This document shows, piece by piece, positions 40,427-54,532 of a stretch of DNA of 64,000 nt (positions are counted from its first letter, which is position 1; every line of letters starts with the position of its first letter). This stretch comes from Octopus sinensis (Eukaryota). A model generated the notes under the pieces. That model had not been told where the DNA came from, made no database searches, and saw nothing but the letters and a program-made list of their open reading frames with translations. Location of the stretch: the NCBI RefSeq assembly GCF_006345805.1, contig NC_042997.1:48732001-48796000 (forward strand). The letters run 5' to 3'. Position numbers and translations under genes: made by a program.

Positions 40427-43400
40427 GATAGATTTTCAAATTATCGCTAATTTGCCAAATCTCATTCTGTCTCCATACGTTAATGTGTGTGTATGCGTGT
40501 GGAGGGGGTGTATGAAGTATGTATATATCTACACATGTATGTATGTATGTATTTATGTGAGAATTTATAAGAGAGGCTACCACAACAGTATTCAGTTACT
40601 TAAAGAATCTCAGTGTAAGTATTGCAACTTTAGATTATGCGCTCTCGACTGAAACTATGTCAGAGACGAATATATATACTGTACAAAAGTGAAATTGGTT
40701 GACAGAACCTATACTTTTACTGGATCTTAATAGAGCATACCTTCAAAAGTAGATAACCATGTAACGCATACTCTTGCTAGACCCCATATATAGAAACACC
40801 AACTCACACTTGTAATCTGTTTGGCAACCAAACTTATAGGGGTTGCAAATCATCAATACAACTTGGTTAGTAGTAGAATTTCCTAAACAATATTCTGACA
40901 CAGCTTGTTCCTGCTGTACTGGTATCAGCGAGAAAGTTTTCATTTTAATATTTCCTAAATCTTTCTGAATTAAAGAAAGGAGCTAGTCTCACAATTTCGT
41001 CACAAAGTAAGTTTATCCTGTGGAACATTATCCTACCCACAAATTGAATATACGGTGAACTTATTGGTAGAACGTCTTCGAAATTCTTCAATCCTTTTGG
41101 AATTTCACTGAATTGAAATATCTCCTAAATCTTTCTGAATGAAAGAAAGGAGCTAGTCTCACAATATCGTCACAAATTAAATTTATCCTGTGAAACATTA
41201 TCCTCCCCACAGATTGAATACACGGTGAACTTAATGAGGGGATCAAAAATGCTCTAGTAATTAGATTTTATTACAACGTACTTCACATAAGATTGTAAAG
41301 TTTTAGTGAACAGGTGTCTCCCCACTTTTTTCTCACTACAAACGAAAGACATACTTTCTTCTTCTGATTATTGCACAGTTTCCTATTTCGTTTGTTTAAA
41401 TTTGTTGTTTCATTTTATTGCAAACATTTTCAGTTTGCTTGATTTCATTTTATTGCAAACATTTTTCACCTCAATTTATTTTATTCCATTGCTTTTAATT
41501 TTTACTGTGTTATATCTATTTTTTAAAATTCCTTTGTTTTTCTTCTGCCTGCCGTTAATTATTGTTCTTCCCTTGCACCTCTGTTTTTCCCCATTTTTTA
41601 TTCTTGCTTTTTTTTCCTTTTTATAAACACTATTGTTAACACATCACTCACCACCACATGTAGATTTTCAATATTTTCTCTCTCTCTCTCACTCTCGCTC
41701 TTACTATTTCTTTTTCTCTCGCGCTCTCCCTCTTTCTACCTCTCTCTCTCCCCTTCCCTTTCTCTCTCTCTCTCTATTTCTTTTTTACACATATTTACGT
41801 AATATTACTGCGTCACAGCTCCTTTATAATTATATAATATTTTTCTGACACTCATTCTTCCCCTTGTCAAATATTCTTTCTTTCGGGTTCCAGTTTCTCT
41901 CACTTCTCTTTGTTTGTATTATATCACTCTATAGGCTTAGTATTTCCTTCTTCTGGTCATCTACTTTCACTCTTACTCTTTCTCCCTAATAAATGTATGC
42001 ATATTCTTCAAATACAAAACTCTTAACCATTTATGATACAGTAACGAACAGTGAAAGCACACTTCTCAACGACTTTCTTTCTCTCTCACACTTCTCAGTC
42101 CAATGTTTTCTGCACATTCTCTTCATCTTCATTTACGTTTTCCACTTTCTTTTTCTTTCCGTCTATTCCTTTATTTTTATGCTGTTTTATTCTCTCTATC
42201 TTTTGTTGTGTTTTTACTCATCTTTCGCTTACGTAATACTAATACCTTTGTACAACCGTCGTCTGTATGCATTTAAACGTTAGACTCCTAATGTTTTCAG
42301 AATTGCCTTCATATTGAAATACAGTAAAACTACACTCAGTAATTGCTAACAACTTAATAGGTTTCATAAGGAATTCACTTGCTTATCTTTTGATGAGTTA
42401 TCCTTTAACCGCGCTGTACATTATTACAAAGACATAATAAAGGACTACGAGTTCCAAGATAGATTTCGTTACGTTTAGAATTATGTTATTATTTGTATAT
42501 GCAAAACTAGGAAAAGAAGTATTATGTGACATAACTGTATTTATCATTTACATGGTTATAGTTGTGTTGTGAAGAACTTCGCACGCAATATATTTATATA
42601 TTTCACCATAGACCAAAGATCTTTAGAAACAAATTAGATGATCTAAAGTTGCACCAATTCCTTCTCTATTTTCATAAGTAGTATAAATAGAAAATATCTT
42701 TCCAGAAAATATCTTTCCAGAACGAAAGCGCACAGAACGAAAGACGGTTGAAGAATGAACAATGGATAGCCTGCTGAATGTCTCCTCGCAAAAAGAGTGC
42801 CGCAGAATATGCATACGTTGATGCACTCAAATAGATGACTTACTATTTCCCTATCCAAATATATTTGGTTTTCAAAGGATTAAAATATGACTAATCATAA
42901 AATATGACCAAACATAAAATTGATTGGCTTATTATTGAATACGCGAACACTACATCAGTATGTTCTAACAGTTGCAATCTCTTTCTTCCGGAAAAAGTAT
43001 AACTATACATTTCAGAGTTTTGCAATTTTTAACCAAAAGTCCTAAATCCGTGGAAGTTAATTTTGGCAAGCACTTTGATCGCCGTCTATTCAACTAACAA
43101 CTAGCTAAAATGTATGCAACTATAACAACCACCTATATATTTAATTATTAGACTGGTGAAAGCCAGATAGAGGGTCATATAATTAGAAAGAAAAAAACAT
43201 TTATATATTCATCAACTTAAAATTTTATCAACCAGAGTAGCTGAATTTTTTACATGTTACATCCGTATACTACAGAAGAGAGGGAAAATTTCAAATGTTT
43301 GTACGTGTATAGATGAAAATATCACGGAACAATATACAGATGAATTTTCAACCAATCGTAATGCAATGAATTGTTGACTGGCCGTAGTTCAATGTGTTTG

Positions 43401-43996
43401 TTGATGTAATCACATACTTTTGAATAATCCGATCAATGAAACGCTGAGCCATTATTCCAGAGGTTTCCATATTGTTCAGCGTTCAGTCTCACTAATTCGT
43501 TCTACAAGCAAGGTATCTTTTCTTACAGCCTCGAGTTGACTTTAATCTTGCGATTAGAATTTGAAAGATGGAATCTTCAAAAGCTTGTATGTGTGTGTGT
43601 GTGTGTGTGTGTGTTTCTGAAAAATCGTTGAATTTTTGTTGTGTTTGTGTGTTATGCTTGGATGTGTGTATATATATGTTTGTACGTGTGCGTCTGCGGT
43701 TATATGCATGTATGCACGTGTGTGTGTGTGAGGCTGCGATTATGTACATGTATGCGTGTGTGTGTGTCTGAATTTACCTTCAAACCAGTTTAAATAACAG
43801 CTTCGTCTATGTTTTGTCATTTCGTTCCATCTAATATAACAATAGATATAACAAATACTGGGTTTCATATGTCGGAATAAAACATAAGATACTTAGATAT
43901 TACTTTTGTTATTCGTTTAGGCATAACATGAACAAGTATTTCGTTTTTGGATTTGGTTTGCAAGGTTCTTTGTATGAGTTCGTGTGTTGAAGCATA

Positions 43997-44219
43997 TTCT
44001 GTTGTGTCTGGGGAGAGTCATTTTCTTTTTGTGCCTTATAATGTAACACACTCACCGTTAAAATTTCCACTTATTTCTTATTTTTATTTTCCTAAAATTT
44101 TCATTGCGTCTTGCAACCTTTTAGGAAAATAAAAATAAGAAATAAGTGGAAATTTTACCGGTGAGTGTGTTACATTATAAGGCACAAAAAGAAAATGACT
44201 CTCCCCAGACACAACAGAA
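43997..44219. repeat. Near-perfect fold-back, about 101-bp arms, 21-nt loop
   Basis: 43997-44097 vs 44119-44219: one substitution and one 1-nt indel. Confidence 0.95.
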
Positions 44220-44862
44220 CGAGCAAGTATATGATAGGGATACATTTTATTAATTTGAAGCAGTTGTTAGACAAAAGGCAATAGAAACCATTAGCCGACT
44301 TGATATGAAACCTAAAAGGAAGCACAAAAAAATATATTAGGCATTTAACCCTCAATCTTACTACATTTTATATGACTTCCCAATTCCCAATTTACTTGGA
44401 TGAATACAATACACACAGAGCACAACCTTGACGATCTGGAAAATGTGATACATTCACAAAATGCTAGCATGAAAAAATAACAGAAAAATTAATTTAGAAA
44501 CTGATATGGAAATGCTGAAATAGGCTGCCAGAATGAAGAATCAATTAACATATGTTTGTAATATAAAAATATTAGAACAACATAAAATAAATATGTACAA
44601 CGTCGCTGAAATCTGAACTTCTTATATTGCCAAAAGTATTGCATATCTTCAGAATGTCTGATGCATAATTTTACCAGTTGGGTAAAAAAAAAAAATAGCT
44701 GCAAAGGACTGGAATTACTAGAGATGCTAATTCAGCAGACATATGTATTACACGGTACCCTTTAGATATCCAATTGAGACAATACCCATTGCGAGTACAC
44801 CACTGCAATTAAATACAAAATTGTTGGATTTATGACTCATATGGAATAAATAATAAGTAAAA

Positions 44863-45270
44863 GGCGTAGGAGTGGCTGTGTGATAAATAGCTTGCTTACG
44901 AACCACATGGATTCGGGTTCAGTCCCATGCGTGGCACCTTGGGCAAGTACCTTCCACAATAGCCTCGGGCCGACCAAAGCCTTGTGAGTAGATTTGGTAG
45001 GCGGAAACGGAAAGAAGCCCGTGGTATATATGTATATATATATATTTATGCATGTATGTGTGTTTGTGTGTCTGTGTTTGTTCCCCCAACATCGCTTAAA
45101 AAACCGATGCTGGTGTGTTTATGCCCCCGTAACTTAGCGGTTCGGCAAAAGATACCGATAGAATAAGTACTAGGCTTACAAAGGATAAGTCCTGGGGTCG
45201 ATTCGCTCGACTAAAGGCGGTGCTCCAGCTTGGCCGTAGTCAAATGACTGTAACATGTAAAGAGTAAAAT
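44863..45270 (+). mobile_element. Full-length family C SINE
   Basis: ggcgtaggagtggctgtgtg head, gggttcagtccc B-box-like, gcaccttgggcaag CORE-like motif, tail gtaaagagtaaaa. Confidence 0.9.
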
Positions 45271-45740
45271 GAGATATTTGAACCTTTCCAGAACATTTCG
45301 AAATTTCTGTGTCAAGTCGCTTCTTCAACTAGTGTAGAAAACATGAATTACCTTGAAACCATGTTATAAATATAAAAGGACCGCGATGGTTTCAATATTA
45401 AGCGATCGAATTGTACAAGAGTAATGAAGTGAGCGCTTTCACATCTGGTATATCTTATCTTAGCAATGTAATGGAAATATCTGACGAATGCTCTTACTTT
45501 GGAGCACTTTATGTCACTTAAACCTCACAAGATAATTTAAAATTGACCAATCGATTCATTCACGCAGTTTAAAAACCACTAAATTCGAAATTAGTTGGGG
45601 ATATAACCAATGCCTCTTGCCGTGAGCCTGTGATATAAATATAAGTTCAGCCATGAAATAATGAATGCAAACTGAATGACGAAGCATATGTTCGATTGTA
45701 GGTGTACATGTTCAAATATTTGTACACATACCTGCAAATA

Positions 45741-45827
<87 letters not shown>

Positions 45828-46033
45828 GGGAGTAAATCCAAACTTACAGGGAAAAATTAGATTTAGGATTAAATCTAATTTTACAGTATAAATATGTTTT
45901 ATATTTTATATTTAATTTTATATTTTATATATTTTGTATATTATATTAATTAATTTTATTTCTATGTATTAGTTTATGTTTTTTACTGTTTGATTTGCCG
46001 AATAGTGGTTTTATCTCTAATTTAATATATATA

Positions 46034-46118
<85 letters not shown>

Positions 46119-47094
46119 CACAAAAGCGATTCAATGTTAATTTGGCTGCTAGTTCTTGTGAGTTGTTGAGCACTTAGAGATTTCATCATGCTTAGCGGCA
46201 TTTCGTCCATCTTCACATTGTGAGTTCGAATTGTTGTAGATTAACTCTAGATCAACAGGAGGAATATGATCAAAGGGATACCGACTATAACCATTCCGTC
46301 TCTTTTTCATACGTCCAGGTAACCTATTACCACGCTGTCCAACGTCTCACGTTTTTTTTTCATTTATTATTATTTTTCGTGAGCAAGAATGATTTGAGAG
46401 GGATCTAGCAACCTTTTCTAGTAAACCCAGCGATCACATTGAGGACGTCTACTATCCACATAGAAATAAAAATATTTCCAGAACATTGTCAATATCCCTA
46501 TTACTGAGAAAGTATTGTGAGGCAGAAACATTAAAGAATCAGGGAAATTACTGGCTGTTTTTAAGTGCCTTTACGCTTTGAGTTCAAATCACTCCGGATT
46601 GAACTTTGCCTTTCATCCATCCACGTTCTATAAAAGAAGTACGAGTCAAGTAGATAGGATGGTGGCCATTAAATCGAATTCAACCTTTCACTAAAGCCTT
46701 AATCAACTGTTAGAAATCTTTATTCTTAATAGTACAGCCCTGGTCGTAAGCGTCTTTAAAGATTAAGTTTGTTTTGTTTGTTTTTTTTGTTGTTTTTTTC
46801 AATCTACTTTTGATTGAAATTATTTTTCTTTTACCAATATATTGTTCCATTGAATACGGCTAATCGAAACTCGCAAAATATTATCATAATTCAATTATTT
46901 CGGTGCTGCTTCATCCCCTCCGTGTAATCTCTTTCACTTTCTCTCTTCAATTCTCTATTCAATTATTGTAAAGAAAGCAAAATTCAATAACGTTTTTTTC
47001 TTCTTTGGCGTGTATGTGTTTCTGTGTGTGTGCGCGCACGCGATGTGTGCGTGTGTGTGTGTGCGTGCGTATGCGTGTGTGCGTGCGCGTGCGA

Positions 47095-47130
<36 letters not shown>

Positions 47131-47199
47131 CGTTCGCAAAATCGTTGAATTTTCTTGCTGGTTTCTGTTTTTTTTCTTTTTTTGTTATTGAAAATATAA

Positions 47200-47720
47200 A
47201 TTTAATAACGTCATCGTCATCATCATTATTAAGAAGACAACAACATCACAAAATCCACAATAGAAACCACTGCATCTGCAACAGCAGCAGCAACAACAAC
47301 AACAAGAACAAAGAACAACAACAACAACAACAACAACAGCAGCAGCAGCAGCAGCAATTGCAATACAACACTACGATAACAATATCATAACACTATTAGC
47401 CACAGCAGCTACATCAGGGAAAAGCAACAACGGTATCTACATCGAGTTCAACAACTGCAACATCTCTGTAAACAAGAGAAACAGCGACCACTGCAACATT
47501 ATCGATAACAACATTAACAAAACTGAAAGCAGTAACAAAGTTTTACTCTGAAATGAATTTAATAACATTATCATTACCATCATCATTAAGAAGAAAAAAA
47601 ACAAGAACACTAGTAACAGCATTAGTTAGCCTGCAATAGTAATTACTGCCTCCACAGTAACAACAGCTACACTCTACCACAAGCATAATACTAACATTAT
47701 AATGAGGATTACGACGGTAG
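47200..47720. repeat. Degenerate (CAA/CAG/AAC)n low-complexity tract
   Basis: Direct inspection; stops in the frames I read. Confidence 0.8.
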
Positions 47721-48389
47721 AAACATCACTTCAATGTTAACCGATGAAGGTACTTATATGCAATCGCTTGGTTTTAAAACAAAAGTAGGGAAACGAACAG
47801 CCAATACCGAGCAAATCATCCCTTAATGAAATAAATACAAAAACTAAACAGAAAGAACACATGACATATAATGTCTGAATTAAAGATCCCTATTCAAAAG
47901 TAAATGTGTACCACCAATCCAGTTGCTCCACTTTTAGTTCTCGTTCTTTTTCTCTCCCACCTCTCTCTCTTTACCTATCTATCTGTCTATCTCTATCTCT
48001 CCCGCCCAGCTTTTGTATCCAAGAAGCTTCACAGAGTCATGAGGGAGGACGTTGAAAGGTTGTATGTATGTATGTATGTATGTATGTATGTATCCTTACA
48101 TTCTAATATTTGTATGTAGAATTTAAACTAGAGAAATCGGTTCACTGATCTCTGTTCTTCCTTTGTACGCACTGCCAACGGAGTGGCTATTTTTGTTGTA
48201 TAACACAAAAAGCAAACCTAGTGGGATCAAGATCAAACCTTGGTTAAGTAACTCAAGAGTACCATCTTTTAGCACGCGGGGTTAGAAGGCAGTGCAGCCA
48301 ACCTAAGAGTGTTTTAGCAAGAGTCTAGATAATCTTTGATTTTCTCTCATGTATGTATAATACACACGCGCACACACAAACACATATAT

Positions 48390-48423
<34 letters not shown>

Positions 48424-48806
48424 ATAAATTACAAAATGGGACAAGAACGCAAAACATCCGGACAACTAGGTGATACAAAAAGGGACAACAAAACATCCAA
48501 ATAGACGATACAAAGAAAACAAGGACGTGTCATTCGAAGTTTTCTATCTTCAGTCAAGAACCAGTTTATCCTCGCAATTTCGGCTGATTACAACCTACCC
48601 CGATTCTAACAATAACTATCACTGATTACCTCACCTGAAATATATTTAATTATTTACAAAATATGTGATATTCACCAATATCGAATGGCTATGTTTAATT
48701 GATGTAGCAAGCAGTTATAACATTATGACAAACTTCGGTCATGATCAGCAAAAGAAGCGATATTTGTCAACTATGTAATAATTTATTTAATTAATATATT
48801 TTCCCA

Positions 48807-48882
<76 letters not shown>

Positions 48883-48958
48883 AGAATTCACAAAACAATA
48901 AAAGACGAAGGCAGGTGGTGTACGCAACAAACAGATAACGCTCGGGAAATGAAAAAGA

Positions 48959-48994
48959 CTTTAACGTTTCGACCCTACGCTCTTCCACAGAAAG
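48959..48994 (-). ncRNA. HHR-like motif, family H2 (core variant CUGUGGA)
   Basis: Minus strand CTTT CTGTGGA A GAGC GTAG GGTC GAAAC GTT AAAG. Confidence 0.5.
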
Positions 48995-50105
48995 GAACAC
49001 AGAAAGAAACAGGGAGAAAAAATAAGAAGATGTAGAAAATCCAAGAAAAGTTCGTTGGGTTATGAGAGGAGAGAGGAGGTCTTGGTTTCAGTGCTTTCCA
49101 GCAGTCACGTTAATTGTTCAGATACGTAACTCAGTTAATCTTACAGCTATATCTTATGTTTTGCATAAGCTCAGTAAATAAGGCTTACGTATTGTATCAT
49201 GGTTTTGCTAATTGTCTTGCGTGGCTATGTTAGTCGGGAGCAGACATTGTCACTCGTCACCCTAACTCTTATCTCTTCTGTTTATCCAATATATGACTGC
49301 TGGGAAGGTGTGGAAGCTTCTCCAGTAACCGGCTCGTACTCATTGACAGCTTAACATGCAATATCAGCGTAAAATGTACAATGCTGTTCAAGAACAGAGT
49401 GCGCTGCCGAGTCCAATATTTGAACCCACGAACTTGTGATCACGAGCGGAGCCGTTCGTAATTGGTGTGGATAGCACATTTGTCGCTCAGTGTAGTACTT
49501 TGAAGGGGAGTGCTAATATAACTGCTATCAGTTTCTTTCTCTGTCGTTTCTGGTTTGTAGCTCGAAAGAATCCTTTTTTCTCTTTCTTTTTTTTCTATTA
49601 GAGAGAGATTTACTTCCATCTCACTGCTCCTCGACGAAACTATGTCTCTTCTGAATATCACACAAGGCTGGATACCACAGTACTCCATTACGCGACGTAA
49701 AAGAAATTACATTAGCTCTATAAGCTGTAAATGCAACAAATATATATCTGCAGTGTTCTCTATTCTAAATTTTAGAAATTCTTTGAAATAATTTTCTCTT
49801 TGTTTCTTTATTTATATAACTTTTAGAATGTTAATTTCATTCCGGTTTTCTTTCTTCTTCTCCAGCAATTTTCCGTTCTGTGACATTAAAACTTCATGCG
49901 ATTATAAATTTGTTAGCAGGTAACCAAACTCTCATCTGTCACATGCGTTATTACACACTCAAATGTTTTTATTAGTGAAACAAACACAAGAATATACTTT
50001 CCAGAATTTAAATGGCATCTATATGTCTAGTGATAAGGCACACAAGATATAGCTAGCTAGCGAGATAGATAGATATACGTACGCATAAGTGAATTAATGA
50101 GTATG

Positions 50106-50174
<69 letters not shown>

Positions 50175-50191
50175 CTACATATATATATATG

Positions 50192-50230
<39 letters not shown>

Positions 50231-50252
50231 TACCTACATATATATATATATG

Positions 50253-50331
<79 letters not shown>

Positions 50332-51045
50332 ACTTGCAAAGTAATTTTTTGCAGAATTACTTATTTTTCTGATATTCAATTACGTACATATTTAGTGACC
50401 TTTTTTCTGCAAAGTTCAGCTTACAAGTAGTACCAATAACACCAACGGCGGTAACGGCACTACCAGAAGCAACGGCACCAACAGTAGTGGCAGCAGCGGT
50501 ACCATCAGAAGCAGCAGCAGCAGTAGTAGTGAAAAGCTGAATAATGAGCGTAGTCGAACAACATTGAATGCAGTATTTCACATATATTAACACATATATA
50601 TATAAATATATATATAGAGAGAGAGAGGGAGAGAGAGAGAGAGAGAAAGCTCATAAATTATAACGATATATTTAGAAGGAAATCAAATTTGAACATGACG
50701 CCTACTTAAAGGATAACAAATTATAAATTAAATGATTGTCGGAAATTATATCGACACTGTTCTGCCTTACATTTACATGCAACTGCAAATACTTCTCTTT
50801 TTTTTTCCTTTTTTTATTATTATCTTGTAGTAAACTAAGATCTTTCTGTGATTTTTCAAGATTTTCTACACACTTTGTGGTAACAATTAATAAGAAGAAA
50901 ATAAAGCTTGTTCGCAAAGTTACTGCTAAATGGTGGATTAGCTGAATCGTTAGAGCGTCGGACAAGAGAAGTTGTGGTATTTCTTCCTCATTTCCATCTG
51001 AGTACAAAGACCGACGAATCAGTTTTTCCCATTCATCCTATAGAG

Positions 51046-51691
51046 CAGGGGTCCACAATCACGGGAATATGAATCATTTGGTACCGGGCCGCAGAGAATG
51101 AATAAATGTTTACATTTTATTGACTATCGCAATCTGTAGGGTGTTTTGCATTACATATTTAGGATCGTTTCGGTTTGAACGGCAGTTTTTTTCTAGCGGT
51201 GTCATATGAAATTGTCACCCATAATTATGACCCTAGTATCGATCTATTGCATTTCGATCTGTTTTAGGGTTAGGGTTAGTTAGAGTTAGGTAAATAAACC
51301 CAATCTGTTTCTTAAACGAGGGATATATTCATACGGCACAGAATGCTCTCACCTCAATAGACGTCATTGATTGGTTGAAATAGCAGAAATTGAAGAAAAA
51401 AAACAACAAATATCTTACAAACTATAGAATTTTCTCAATAAAGCCAAGAGAAAAAGATGATTTATAAACACATTCTACAAGTATACGAAGTTTAAAAGTG
51501 TTTAGTTACGTGGAAATTATTTTTAAAAAACTGCCGGTCAAACCGAAAAAATCCCATATTTATTATGCATGTAATGATTAGATTTCATACTATGCACTTT
51601 ATCCGATTTGTTATGTGTGTGATGCCGCACTCACTAGGAAAATTGTCTTGCTAGAAACCAGTTCGTACTTAAAAAAGTTTGGAGATCGCTG
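51046..51691 (+). mobile_element. hAT-Charlie-like non-autonomous element, interrupted by a MITE
   Basis: Ends caggggtccacaa... and ...aaaaaagtttggagatcgctg; imperfect 8-bp flanks ctatagag / ctctaagg. Confidence 0.5.
51162..51555 (+). mobile_element. About 390-bp TIR element (MITE) with internal TTAGGG repeats
   Basis: TIR ggatc.tttcggtttgaacggcagttttt / aaaaactgccggtcaaaccgaaaaaatcc; ttagggttagggttag at 51264. Confidence 0.8.
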
Positions 51692-52471
51692 CTCTAAGGG
51701 ACGATAAAAATGAAGTATTAGTCAAATACGGATGTGTATATTATCGACTAATCGCCTGTCTTTAAAACTGTTGTACTTGTGCCATTCTCTCTAATGTATT
51801 TTGTGTAGTGGGATATTACACTGAGCCACTACAAAAGTTAAATTAAATTGTATCTCGTGAAAACAGTTTTATACGTTAGATTTTCATCATAAAACAAGAT
51901 AAACTTTAATGCAGTGTTAATTGCAGTATTGCTTACTCAAGATCGAAACCAGAAGGCAAATGTAGGTCCTTGAGGAATATATATCAAATCATATTCATGA
52001 TTTCAGATTTATAAGCATACCAGATTTTAATGCATACATTTTTATTTAAATCATTTAAAGTACTTCGAATCATCGTTTGTGAGCAAATCAACGATAAACC
52101 AAAGATAAATTGTATTTTTATTGTGAACTCCCAATGAATGAGAACATTCCTTAATAATTAAATTGTTCGGTCATTAAAGATTGTTAGAGTTTCATGAAGT
52201 GAATCGATGATAAAAACTGTCTGGTCTTAGTCAGAAATGTGTTATTAAATTATAAACAACAACCGTAAAATTAGACACGACTTCCCTTTAAATTATAGCG
52301 ATTGTAGGCAAGTGCAATAGGAAATGTATTCCAACAGAGCAATATAATCTGATGGAAAAACAAAATAGTTTATCTCTGACATTTTGTTGCATAAAAGGAA
52401 TGCAGGAGTGTGTTTGCTAGATTCATTCATTATTATTTGCAATTTTACTGTTAATACTAGTAGCGTAGTAA

Positions 52472-53070
52472 GGTGGCGAGCTGGCGGAAACGTTCACACG
52501 TCGGGCGAAATGCGTAGCCGTATTTCATTTGCCGTTACGTTCTAAGTTCAAATTCCACCGAGGTCGACTCTGCCTTTCATCCTTTCGGGGTCTATAAATT
52601 AAGTACCAGTTACGCACTGGGGTCGATGTAATCGAGTTAATCCGTTTGTCTGTCTTTGTTTGTCCTCTGTGTTTAGCCCCTTGTGGGTAGTAAAAAAAAA
52701 TAGGTATTTCGTCTGCCGTTACGTCCTGCGTTCAAATTCCGCCGAGATCGACTTTGCCTTTCAACCCTTCGGGGTCGATTAAATAACTACCAGTTACGCA
52801 CTGGGGTCGATATAATCGACTTAATCCGTTTGTCTGTCCTTGTTTGTCCTCTGTGTTTAGCCCCTTGTGGGTAGTAAAAAACATAGGTGTTTCGTCTGCC
52901 GTTACGTTCTGCTTTCAAATTCCGCCGAGGTCGACTTTGCCTTTCAACCTTTCGGGGTCGATTAAATAAGTACCAATTACGCACTGGGGTCGATATAATC
53001 GACTTAATCCGTTTGTCTGTTCCTGTTTGTCCCCTCTAAGTTTAGCCACTTGTGGGCAATACAAAATAAG
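52472..53070 (+). mobile_element. Family N SINE trimer (one head, three approximately 183-bp bodies)
   Basis: Units begin gtatttc at 52520 and 52704, and gtgtttc at 52887. Confidence 0.9.
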
Positions 53071-54119
53071 AACATTTCCGTGGAAGAGCTACCAGAGACA
53101 TCAGCTTACTTTATCATTGAAGTACAATAACTATAATTTCTTACATGTAAAAATTATAATAGTGGTTATTTCTCACATAGGTACAAGGTAAATGATTTGA
53201 AGCAGTGAGTTAATTGATTGTATCCTCTCCAGCACTTAAGTGGTACTTAGCTTAATTGACTGTGCAAAAAAAAAAAAAAAATGAAAGCAAACTTAACCTC
53301 CTGGGGTTTTGAACTCTAAACAAAGAAAGATAGATAAATGCTGCAAAGTATTTTGACCGACATTCTAAAGATACACATGCAACACAGAATCTCCTCTTCA
53401 GTTGTAACTGTTATGGGAAAAATACACCGCCAGAAGTTCTTGCTGACAAACAACAGCAGTAGTTTTATTCAGTTGAATACACGTCCTTGATTGGTTGAAA
53501 TTACCGAAATAAGACTACCTTAACGTGAAATAACTTCGTAAATATAAGTTTTTCTCAAAAATGCTAAGAGTAAAAGATGTTTTATATGACACATTCTACC
53601 AATGTGCAAAGTTTGAATGTGTTTAGCAACAAAAAACTATTTTTTAAATCTGTAGGTCAAAAGGTGAAGATCCCTGTTGTGCAATTGATTATGCGTAAAC
53701 TATTTAATCAACTTATTTTAATATGTCACTACTCTTGATTTCGTTAATGTTAATTTGGTTATCCTTTCCTTTTCTCACTGCGAGTGAATAACAAAAAATG
53801 TAATTAATATCGTTCGCTCTATTTAATCAAGTATCCTTGCATCCCAAATTATTTTACCTTGTTTATATGATCAAAATAAATCATTGCATATTTTTAACAG
53901 AAGATAACTCCCTAGTATTTCAAGGAAGACAGACAAGGGTATAGTGATGTTTATGTCTTTCTCAACGCTATTAGCCGAGTAATTCCAAAGGTCAATTCAA
54001 AATACGACGACCTGGTCTGCGAATAGTTTACATCGCATTTTATAATGTTATCCCTATTTGTTGTTGTCATTGTTGATGTTGTTGTTCTTCTTGCTCTTGT
54101 TTTGTTTCAAGTGGTTTCT

Positions 54120-54532
54120 GATCTTTTCGGTTTGACCGGCAGTTTTTAACATAATTTCTAGGTAGCTAAACACTTTTAAAATTCGTATACTGGTAGAATG
54201 TGTTTATAAAACATCTTTTTCTCTTGGCTTTATTGAGAAAATTCTATAGTTTGTAAGATATTTGTTGTTTTTTTCTTCAATTCTGCAACTTCAACCAATC
54301 AGTGACGTCTATTGAGTTAAAAAGCATTCTGTGCCGTATGAATATGTCCCTCGTTTAAGAAACAGATTGGGTTTATTTACATTTGTGAAGGAAAAAAGAT
54401 ACCCTTCCCCCACCCCTAACCCTAACCCTAAAAGAACTTGAAATGCAATAGATCGATTCTAGGGTCATAATTATGGGTGACAATTTCATATGACACCGCT
54501 AGAAAAAACTACCGTTCAAACCGAAAATATCC
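54120..54532 (-). mobile_element. Second copy of the TTAGGG-containing MITE, opposite orientation
   Basis: Reverse complement of 51162-51555; ccctaaccctaaccctaa at 54414-54431. An older relative lies at about 53460-53675. Confidence 0.8.

Noticed and set aside
45481-45510. CTGACGA followed by a tgctc/gagca hairpin
   Set aside because: No GAAA follows, so the core is incomplete.
47010-47390. PolyQ-containing ORF
   Set aside because: It starts in a (GT)n tract and runs through a degenerate CAA/CAG repeat; no supporting splice or domain evidence.
50420-50560. Triplet-periodic S/N/G/T- or A/V/P-rich open stretch
   Set aside because: Consistent with a decayed (AGC/AGT)n microsatellite; no good donor site.
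52520-53070. Regularly spaced direct repeats
   Set aside because: Whole 183-bp units repeat with no unique spacers; not CRISPR-like, and the context is eukaryotic.
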